Shown here piece after piece: positions 35,261 to 44,839 of a stretch of DNA of 44,839 bases (the first letter of the stretch is position 1; each line of letters begins with the position of its first letter). Source of the stretch: Chiloscyllium plagiosum (taxonomy: Eukaryota); assembly GCF_004010195.1 (NCBI RefSeq), contig NC_057752.1, forward strand, positions 9,128,503 to 9,173,341. Reading direction: 5' to 3'. Below the pieces are notes generated by a model. The model did no database searches, was not told the DNA's origin, and saw only the letters and a program-made list of their open reading frames with translations. The position numbers and the translations under genes are program-made.

Positions 35261-35639
35261 GTGGTTGTGGAGGGCACAATCGTCAGACACAGAATTTATA
35301 GCAAAAGTTGACAGTGTGATGTAACTGAAATTATACATTGAATAATACCTTAATTGTTTGTTGAGGCTTTCATCTGTTAGAATACTATGATAGTTTCACT
35401 TCTTTCATGTGTAAATCACAAAAGCTTTTTTTAAAAGTTGCATTCTCCGGTTAACTGTAACAATGAGTGTTAGCTAGACAATATGTTGAAGGTGTTAGCC
35501 CCCTGTGTTCTCTGTCTTTGCCATAATGTTTAGACTGATTGTAAACTAAAAAGTGAGATAACAGAGTTTTACATGAATTCAAGTAGTTTTTGAGCAAAGT
35601 ACAATGTAACTCTGCAAGTCCAAATTCACTCCACAAACG

Positions 35640-36020
35640 TATATGTATATGTGTGCGTGTGTGTGCGTGTGTTTGGGGGTTGTGAGTGAGAGAGAGAGTG
35701 TATATGTGTGCGTATGTGAGTGTAGAGTGTCTTAAGTCTGTGAGGGGGTGCATGTGTGAGTGTGGGAGTGTGTGTGTCTGTAGGAGTGTGTGTGTGTCTG
35801 GGGTGGGGGGTTGTGAGTGTCTGTGAGAGAGAGTGTATATGTGTGTGCGTGAGTGTAAAGTGGTCTAAGTCTCTGAGAGGATGCATGTGTGAGTGTGGGA
35901 GTGTGTGTGTCTGTAAGGGTGTGTGTGAGTGTCTGCGTGCGTGTCTGTACATGTGTGTCCGTGTGTATGTGTGTATAGGAGTGCCTGTGTGTGTATGTAG
36001 GAGTGTCTTGTGTGTGTGTA
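35640..36020. repeat. GT/GA-rich low-complexity repeat within the PLE 3' region
   Basis: (tg)n and (ga)n blocks with an internal duplication of about 130 bp. Confidence 0.9.
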
Positions 36021-39000
36021 GTGCAATGGTAGTCACCTGTGATGTGACATGAATCCAAGGTCCCAGTTGAGGCCCTCCCTATGGGTAGGGAACTTAGCTG
36101 TCAGCCTCTGCTTGGCCACTTTTCTCTGCTGCCTGTCCCGAAGTCCGCCTTGGAGGATGGTCACCCAAAGGTCCAAGGTCGAATGTCCTGGACCACTGAA
36201 GTGTTCCCCAACTGGAAGGAACACTCCTGTCTGTTGATTGTTGTGCAGTGCCCATTCATCCATTGCCATAGCCTCTGCTCGGTTTCCCCAGTGTACCATG
36301 CCTCCGGGCATCCTTGCCTGCAACGTATAAAATAGACAACGTTGGCTGAGTCACATGAGTAACTGCCACGTACATGCTGGGAGGTGTCCCCACATGTAAT
36401 GGTGGTATCTATGTCCACACTCTGACACATCTTGCAGCGCCTACCATGACAGGGTTGTATGGAGTTGTCCTGAAAGCCAGGCAACTTGCTACGAACAATA
36501 ATCTGTTTGAGGTTTGGCGGTTGTTTGAAAGCAAGCAGTGGAGGTGTGGGGAAGGTCAATAAAGGTTTTGTGATTTACACATGAAAGAAGTGAAACTATC
36601 ATAGTATTCTAACAGATGAAAGCCTCAACAAACAATTAAGGTATTATTCAATGTATAATTTCAGTTACATTACACTGTAAACTTTTGCTATAAATTCTGT
36701 GTCTGACAACTGTACCCTCCACAACCACCTAATGAAGGAGCGTCGCTCCAAAAGCTAGTGTGTTTCTAATTAAACCTATTGGACTATAACCTGGTGTTGT
36801 GTGATTTTTAACTTTGTGCACCCCAGTCCAACACTGACATCTCCAAATCATGTTTTAATTAGATTTGATTTGTTTTAACTGTTACTTAAAATAATGTAAA
36901 GTTAGTTAGTGGTTAGGAGGCAAAGGTCTGAAATGCTGCATCTTGTTAATAAACCTACAAAAAAGAGAAATATCCATGTCTCCCTTTGTACTTCATTATC
37001 TGGCATGGATACATTTAACACAGCAGCAGAAAATGGTTGTGTAAAAGTGAAGATTAGAAACTGCGTTTGTTTCAAGGTAGAAGTCCATAATTGGAGTTTC
37101 TTTTGAAAATGACTGAAACCAGGGTATGGTTTCTCACCATTGTTTTCTGAATATGAACCTTTTGACAAATGGAAAAGTGAAGTAGCTGTGTGAACACTGG
37201 TCATGACCCTATCAAAGATAAAAAAAAAAGGAGTGGCCTAGGACCTGTCATAGAGTGAAAGAGTCAAAGAGATGTACAACACAGAAACAGACCCTTCGGT
37301 CCAACTCATCCATGACGACCAGATATCCCAACCCAATCTAGTCCCACCTGCTCGCACCTGGCCCATATCAGTCCAAACCCTTCCTATTCATACACCCATC
37401 CAAATGTCTCTTAAATGTACATGTACATTTGTACATTTGTACACGCAATTATACCAGCCTCCACCACTTCTTCTGGCAGCTCATTCCACACACGTACCAC
37501 CCTCTGCGTGAAAAAGTTGCCACTTAGATCTCTTTTATATCTTTCCCCTCTCACCCTAAACCTATGCCCTCTAGTTCTGGACTCCCCGATCCCAGGGAAA
37601 AGACTTTGTCTGTTTATCCTATCCATGCCCCTCATTATTTTATAAACCTCCATAAGGTCAGCCCTCAGCATCCGACGCTCCAGGGAAAACAGCCCCAGCC
37701 TATTCAACCTCTCCCTATAGCTCAGATCCTCCAACCCTGGCAGCATCCTTATAAATCTTTTCTGAACCCTTTCAAGTATAACAACATCTTTCCGATAGGA
37801 AGGAGACCAGAATTGCACGCAATATTCCAACAGTGGCCTAACCAATGTCCTGTACAGCCTCAACATGACCTCCCAACTCCTGTACTCAATACTCTGACCA
37901 ATAAAAGAAAGCATACCAAACACCTTCTTCACTATCCTATCTACCTGCGACTCCACTTTCAAGGAGCTATGAACCTGCACTCCAAGGTCTCTTTGTTCAG
38001 CAACACTTCCTAGGACCTTACCATTAAGTGTATAAGTCCTGCTAAGAATTGCTTTCCCAAAATGCAGCACCTCGCATTTATCTGAATTAAACTCCATCTG
38101 CCACTTCTCAGTCCATTGGCCCATCTGATCAAGATCCCGTTGTAATCTGAGTAACCTTTTTCACTGTCCACTACACCTCCAAGTTTGCTGTCATCTGCAA
38201 ACTTACTAACTATACCTCTTATGCTCACATCCAAATCATTTATATAAATGACACAAAGTAGAGGATCCAGCACCGATCCTTGTGGCACTCCACTGGTCAC
38301 AGGCCTCCAGTCTGAAAAACAACCCTCCACCACCACCCTCTGTCTTCTATCTTTGAGCCAGTTCTGTATCCAAATGGCTAGTTCTCCCTGTATTCCATGA
38401 GATCTAACCTTGCTAATCAGTCTCCCATGGGGAACCTTGTCGAATGCCTTTCTAAAGTCCATATAGATCACATCTACCGCTCTCCCCTCATCAATCCTTT
38501 TTGTTACTTCTTCAAAAAACTCAATCAAGTTTGTGAGACATGATATCCCATGCTCTAAGCCATTGCTGACTATCCCTATTCAGTCCTTGCCTTTCCAAAT
38601 ACGTGTACATCCTGTCCCTCAGAATTCCCTCCAACAACTTGCCCACCACCGAGGTCAGGCTCACCGGACTATAGTTCCCTGGCTTGTCCTTACCACCCTT
38701 CTTAAACAGTGGACCACGTTATTCAACCTCCAGTCTTCCGGCACCTCACCTGTGACTACCGATGATACAAATATCTCAGTTAGCGGCCCAGCAATCACTT
38801 CTCTAGCTTCCCACAGAGTTCTAGGGTACACCTGATCAGGTCCTGGGGATTTATCAATTTTTATGTGTTTCAAGACATCCAGCAGTTCCTCCTCTAATAT
38901 GGAAATTTTTCAAGATGTCACCATCTATTTCCCTACATTCTATATCTTCTATGTCCTTTTCCACAGTAAACACTGATACAAAATACCCGTTTAGTATCTC

Positions 39001-39052
39001 CCCCATCTCCTGTGGCTCCACACAAAGGCCACCTTGCTGATCTTTGAGGGGC

Positions 39053-39153
39053 TGAAAATGTGTTGCTGGAAAAGCGCAGCAGGTCAGGCAGCATCCAAGG
39101 AACAGGAGAATCGACGTTTCGGGCATAAGCCCTTCTTCAGGAATGGCCTGAAA
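39053..39153 (-). mobile_element. 101-bp solo PLE module with an intact minimal hammerhead and TSD
   Basis: Direct repeat atctttgaggggc at 39040-39052 and 39154-39166; core at 39140-39113. Confidence 0.88.
39113..39140 (-). ncRNA. Minimal type I hammerhead ribozyme motif
   Basis: CTGAAGA-A-GGGC-ttat-GCCC-GAAA-CGTC. Confidence 0.75.
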
Positions 39154-39850
39154 ATCTTTGAGGGGCCCTATTCTCTCCCTTATTCTGTCCTTAATGTATT
39201 TGTAAAAATCCTTTGAATTCTCCTTAACTCTATTTGCCAAAGCTATCTCAAGTTGCCGTTTTGCCCTCCTGATTTCTCTCTTAAGTATATTCCTACTGCC
39301 TCTATACTGTTCTAAGGATTCACCCAATCTATCCTGTCTATACCTGACATATGCTTCCTTCTTTTTCTAAACCAAACCCTCAATTTCTTTAGTCACCCAA
39401 CATTCCCTATACCTACCAGCCTTTCCTTTCACCCTAACAGGAATATACTTTCTCTGGACTCTTGTTATCTCATTTCTGAAGGCTTCCCATTTTCCAGCTG
39501 TCCCTTTACCTGCCAACATCTGCCCCCAATCAGCTTTTGAAAGTTCTTGCCTAATACCATCAAAATTGGCCTTTCTCCAATTTAGAACTTCAACTTTTAG
39601 GTTGGGTCTATCCTTTTCCATCACTATTTTAAACCTAATAGAATTATGGTCGCTGGCCCTAAAGTGCTACCCCAATGATACCTCAGTCACCTACCCAGCC
39701 TTATTTCCCAACAGTAGGTCAAGTTTTGCACCATCTCTAGTAGATACACCCACATTCTGAATCAGAAGATTTTCTTGTACACACTTAACAAATTCCTCTC
39801 CATCCAAACCCTTAACACTACGGCAGTCCCAGTCTATGTTTGGAAAGTTA

Positions 39851-40296
39851 ACAACAAGCAAAACTAATGTCATTTACAAAATACTGTGCAAGAACTGTAA
39901 CAAACACTACATGGGACAAACAGGCAGAAAACTAGACACCAGAATATTTGAACATCAACTAGCCACAAAATGACATGACCCTCTCTCACACGTATCCTTA
40001 CATACAAATAAGGAAGGACACCACTTCGACTGGACAACACGTCCATCCTCGGACAAGCCAAACACAGACACAGACAAGAATTCCAAGAAGCATGGCATTC
40101 CAACCAGAACTCTATCAACAAACACATCGAGTTAGACCCCATCTACCACCCCCTAAGAAAAAGAACAGGAAATGACATCACCACAGGAAATCGCATCACC
40201 AACCCAAAGAAACCCACACGTACAAATAGAAAGCAGGAATCAGCTGTGCTTCACCTGGAGGCCCACTGAAGATGTTACCTAGTAGGGTGACAAAAC
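39851..40296 (+). mobile_element. Penelope/Poseidon-type PLE GIY-YIG 3' fragment
   Basis: Encodes NVIYKILCKNCNKHYMGQTGRKLDTRIFEH...GHHFDW...EAWHSNQNSINKHIELDPIY. Confidence 0.88.
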
Positions 40297-40956
40297 AATC
40301 CCAATAAGGTGAACATGCCTTTTTTATTTCTCAGTTCCACCCAAGTAACCTCCCTGGATGTATTCCCAGAAATATCCTCCCTAAGTACAGCAGTAACTCT
40401 ATCCCTTATCAAAAACACCCCCCCCCCCCCCCCCCACTTTTTATCCTTCCTGGAGCATTTGTATCCTGGAATATTAAGTTGCTAGTCCTGTCCATCCCTG
40501 AGCCATGTTTCTGTAATTGCTATGATATCCCGGTCCCATGTTCATAACCATGCCCTGAGTTCATCTGCCTTCCCTGTTAGGTTCTTGCACTGAAGTAAGT
40601 GCAGTTTAATTTATCAGTCCTACCTTGTTCTCTGCTTTGTCCCTGTCCACCCTGACTGTTTGACTCGCTCCTTTTCCCAACTGTACCAGTCCCAGATTGA
40701 TCTCTTTCCTCACTATTTCCCGGGTTCCCCCCCCACCCCCCACAACCTTACTAGATTAAATCCTCGTGAGCAACTCAAGCAAATCTGCCAGCCCAGTATA
40801 TTAGTCTCATTCCAATTCAGGTGCAAACCATCCTGCTTGTACAGCTAACTTCTACCCCAGAAGACATTCCAATGATCCAAAAATGTGAACCCTTCTCCCC
40901 TGCACCAGCTCCTCAGCCATGCATTCATCTGCTCTATCCTCCTATTCCTACCCTCA

Positions 40957-42648
40957 TGACGGTACTTGGAAGTACTCAAGGATGTCCTCATAAGAACAGG
41001 GTACGATGCTCAACTCACCGATCGCCAGTTCTGATGTGCCACAGCGAAAAAATGTAATGACCTCCACAGGAGACAGACACAAGCTGCAAACAACAGGGTA
41101 CCCTTCGTTGACCAGTACTTCCCAGGAGCTGAAAAATGACGCCATGTTCTTTGCAGCCTGCAACACATCAATGAGGATAAGCACCTTGACAAGACCTTCC
41201 CCACGCCTCCACTTCTCACCTTTAAATAACCACCAAACCTCAAACAGATCATTGTTTGCAGCAAACTGCCCGGCTTTCAGGACAACACTATACAACCCTG
41301 TCATGGTGGACACTGCAAGATATGTCAGATCGTCGACACGGATACCACCATTACACATGGAGACAACACCCACCATGTACGTGGCAGGTACTCATGTGAC
41401 TCAGGCAATGTTGTCTATCTTGTACACTGCAGGCAAGGATGCCCTGAGGCATGATACATTGGTGAGACCAAGCAGAGGCTACGGCAACAGATGAATGGGC
41501 ACCGCACAACAATTAACAGACAGGATTGTTCCCTCCCAGTCAGAAAACACTTCAGCGGTCCAGGACATTCAGCTCGGACCTTTGGCTGATCTCCCTCCAA
41601 GGCAGACTTTGGTACAGGCAACAACACAAAGTGGCTGAGCAGAGGCTGGTAGCCATGTTCGGTACTCATGGGGATGGCCTCAACTGGGACCTTGGGTTCG
41701 GGTCACACCACAGGTGACCCCACTGCACTACGCATACACTCCAACACTCCCATACACTCACACAGACTCTCTCTCAGACGCTCAGACATACACACCCACA
41801 CATGCACCCTCTCACAGATGTATCCCTCTTTTCACTCACCACTCACACACACGCACATATACACACACTTTCTCACAGACACTCATAACGCCCCCCCCCA
41901 CACACACACACACCTCCACATGCGCACACACACACATATGATTTGTGGGGTGAATTTGTACTTGCAGAATTACATTTTATTTTGCTCAAAAACATGAATC
42001 CATGTAAGATTCTGTAAATCCCTTTTTTAGATTAGAATCAGTCTGAACATTGGGGCACATACAGCCTCACACAGGCACCTCACACCTTCAATGCATTATC
42101 TGAGCTGACATGGCACCTATTGTTAAAGTTCACTTGAGAATGTAACTTTAAAACAAAACATTCTGGATATATATATGAAATAACTGAAACCAACATGGTC
42201 ATTCTAAAAGATGAGAGACTTCACAAACAATCCAGGTCTTTTTCAATATTTAATTTCAGTTGCATCACACTGTAAACGTTTGCTATAAATTCTGTGTCTT
42301 ACGATCTTATACTCCACAGCCACCTGATGAAGGAGCAGCGCTCTGAAAGCTAGTGCTTCCCAATAAACCTGTTGGATTATAACTTGGTGTTGTGTGATTT
42401 TTAACTTAAAAGGTCTGGGATTTACATATTAATGAACCGAAACCTGCAACCCATTCTAAAAGATGAAAGACTCAACAGCCATCGAGGCTTGTTTAATTTA
42501 TTGTTTTAATTGCATGACACCGTGATCTTTTGCTATAAATTCTGTATCTTATGAACCTGTCCCACTAGTTACCTGATCAAGGAGCAACGCTCTGAAAGCT
42601 AGTACTTCCAAATAAACTTGTTGGACTATAACCTGTTGTGTGATTCTA
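40957..42648 (+). mobile_element. Penelope-like element (Neptune-type) 3' part with two tandem terminal repeats
   Basis: PCHGGHCKIC...NVVYLVHCRQGCPEA*YIGETKQRL; (CA)-rich tract; two repeats of about 250 bp, each with a hammerhead core. Confidence 0.9.
42324..42352 (+). ncRNA. Minimal type I hammerhead ribozyme motif
   Basis: cac-CTGATGA-A-GGAGC-agc-GCTCT-GAAA-GCTA-gtg. Confidence 0.75.
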
Positions 42649-42770
42649 AAATGTGTATACCAAACAGTATAAGCAGCAAGTGTTAGAGGTAAATGATCCC
42701 ACAACTAATGGATCAGATCTAAGCTTCGCAGTCCTGCCACATCCAGTTGGGAATGGTGCTGGATAATTAG

Positions 42771-43310
42771 ATCAATTGATTGATTGATTTATTGTCATGT
42801 GTACTGAAGTACAGTGAAAAGCTTTGTTTACCAACAGTACAGGCAGATCATTGTAAGCAAGGAAAAACAGATCAGAGGTTGTAAAAAGACTTAGACAGGG
42901 GTATACAAGGTTACATTGCACAGGGCATGCACTAGGTGAGATCACCGTTATCAAGATCAGCATTTCTTGAGCTTAGAGAGTCCATTCATCAGTCTAATAA
43001 CGGCCAAGAAGAAGCTGATCCTGAACCTGCTGGTGCGTGTGTTCAGACGTCTGTGTCTTCTGCCTGATGGAAGAGGTTGTAGGAGAGCATTACCGGGATG
43101 AGATGGATCTTTTATGATGTTGGTGGCCTTTCCGTGGCAGTGGGCAGTGTAAATAGGGTCCATGGATGGAAGGTTGGCATCCGTGATGGTCTAGACTATG
43201 CACACAACCATCTGTAGTTTCTTACAGTCCTGGACAGAGCAGTTGCCATACGAAGCCGTTATGCACCTGGACAGTTGACTTTCAATGGTGCATCTATAGA
43301 AGTTGGTGAG
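42771..43310 (-). mobile_element. Rex1/Babar LINE 3' fragment
   Basis: Encodes IIKDPSHPG..L.QPLPSGRR.R...TRTSRFR.SFF..VIRLMN; (aatc)n tail. Confidence 0.85.
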
Positions 43311-44010
43311 GGGGAGGAGGTGGCCTCACAAATATCCTTCATTAATGAGGAGGCCCAGTACATCAATGCAAAAGAAAAGGCTGAAGCATTTATAAACACT
43401 TTCAGCCAAAAGTGCTGTGTGGACGATTCATTTTGGCCTCCTGTTGAGATCCCCAGCATCACAGATGCCAGCCTTCAGTCAATTCAATTCACTTTGTGAT
43501 ATCAAGAAACATTGGAAGGCATTGGATACTGCAAAAACTATGTGCTCTGATAACATTCCAACAACAGTACAAAAGACTTGTGCTCCAGAACATGCCACGC
43601 GTCTAGCCAAGCTGTCACAGTGCAGTTACAACATTAGTGTCTACCTGATGTGGAAAATTGTCCAGGATGTCCTGCCCACAAAAAGCAGGACAAATCCAAC
43701 TTGGCCAATTACTGCCCCTTCAATCTATTCTCAAACATCAAAGTAATCAATGGTGCTATCGAACAGTATCTACTCAATACTAACCTGCTCACTGATGCTT
43801 AGCTTGGGTTCTGTCAAGCCTATTCAGTTTCTGACCTTACTACATCCTTGGTCCAAACATGGACAGAAGAGTTGAAGTCAAGAGGGAACATGAGGGTGAA
43901 CTGCCCTTGACAGCAAGGCCCCTTTTGACTGCGTATGGTATCAAGGAGCTCGAGCAAAACTGGAGTCAATGGGAATCGGGGGGAAACTCTCCACTGGTTG
44001 GGATCATACC
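43311..44010 (+). mobile_element. Old jockey-group LINE RT N-terminal fragment
   Basis: KEKAEAF..TFSQK, ALDTAK...DNIP..V.KTCAPE.A..LAKL, HKKQDKSN.ANY.P. Confidence 0.75.
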
Positions 44011-44235
44011 TTTCTTTCATACATTCTTTTCTCTTCAGTTGCTTGTGCTTATTCAAATCCCTTTTGAAAGTTCTGATTGAATTGGTCTCCACCACACTGT
44101 CAAACAGCATTTTCCAGCGCTTCCCTAACCACCACATACTGCACAGAAGAGGCCCTTTGGCTCATTGTGTCTTTGTTGACCTATCTACAGTAATACAACG
44201 TTCCAGTACTTGGTCCATAGCCTTGAATTTCAAGT

Positions 44236-44839
44236 TCTGGATTAGTGGTGCTGGAAGAGCACAGCAGTTCAGGCAGCATCCAACGAGCAGCGAAATCGAC
44301 GTTTCGGGCAAAAGCCCTTCATCAGGAATAAAGGCAGTGAGCCTGAAGCATGGAGAGATAAGCTAGGGGAGGGTGGGGGTGGGGAGAGAGTAGCATAGAG
44401 TACAATGGGTGAGTGGGGGAGGAGATGAAGGTGATAGGTCAGGGAGGAGAGGGCGGAGTGGATAGGTGGAAAAGGAGCTAGGCAGGTTGGACAAGTCCGG
44501 ACAAGTCAGGGGCACAGTGCTGAGCTGGAAGTTTGAAACTAGGATGAGGTGGGGGAAGGGGAAATGAGGAAGCTGTTGAAGTCCACATTGATGCCCTGAG
44601 GTTGAAGTGTTCCGAGGCAGAAGATGAGGCGTTCTTCCACCAGGCGTCTGGTGGTGAGGGAGCAGCGGTGAAGGAGGCCCAGGACCTCCATGTCCTCGGC
44701 AGAGTGGGAGGGGGAGTTGAAATGTTGGGCCACGGGGCGGTGTGGTTGATTGGTGCGGGTGTCCCAGAGATGTTCCCTAAAGTACTCTGCTAGGAGGTGT
44801 CCAGGCTCCCCAATGTAGAAGAGACCGCATCGGGAGCAA
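44236..44839 (-). mobile_element. Penelope-like element 3' end (GIY-YIG C-terminus and terminal repeat), running off the window
   Basis: Encodes YIGE...AQHFNSPSHS.EDM.VLGL...RRL.EERLIF.LGTLQP.GINVDF, followed by a hammerhead-bearing repeat. Confidence 0.9.
44298..44325 (-). ncRNA. Minimal type I hammerhead ribozyme motif
   Basis: CTGATGA-A-GGGC-tttt-GCCC-GAAA-CGTC, downstream of a GIY-YIG ORF on the same strand. Confidence 0.78.

Larger units (their letters stand above)
35181..36849 (-). mobile_element. Penelope-like element (Neptune-type), 5'-truncated with an inverted terminal repeat
   Basis: Minus-strand Cys-rich linker and GIY-YIG (PCHGRRCKMC...NVVYFIRCRQGCPEAWYTGETEQRL); inverted repeats of about 245 bp; 12-bp TSD atgttttaatta at 35169-35180 and 36850-36861. 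Confidence 0.9.
37248..40956 (-). mobile_element. Long HER1-like CR1 LINE: ORF1 esterase C-terminus, ORF2 (APE-RT) and 3' tail, with nested PLE pieces
   Basis: ORF1 end NAWLRSWCRGEGF.FLDHW...DGLHLN; APE domain DIIAITETWL; RT motifs [26 protein letters not shown]; octamer tail. Confidence 0.95.

Noticed and set aside
35451..36058. His/Thr- and Cys/Val-rich ORFs (also 41668-41997)
   Set aside because: They are translations of (CA)n/(TG)n low-complexity sequence inside PLEs.

Overview
Repeat-rich eukaryotic genomic DNA, very likely from a shark or ray (inferred from an HE1/V-SINE, HER1-type CR1 LINEs and Deu-domain SINEs). One host gene is supported: a + strand FAM186A/B-family gene with seven phase-consistent coding exons (1649-33567, 984 aa in the window, first exon upstream). 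Most of the rest is nested mobile DNA: CR1, L2 and Rex1/Babar LINEs, SINEs, a probable solo LTR and several Penelope-like elements (PLEs) with GIY-YIG remnants. The ORF track misses two notable signals. First, a near full-length, frameshifted pogo/Tigger transposase fossil (about 22720-24610, minus strand) is colinear with the domesticated mammalian gene JRK/Jerky. Second, about 11 minimal hammerhead ribozyme cores lie in PLE terminal repeats, as tandem, palindromic and solo TSD-flanked modules. All homology calls come from recalled sequences and motifs, not from database searches.
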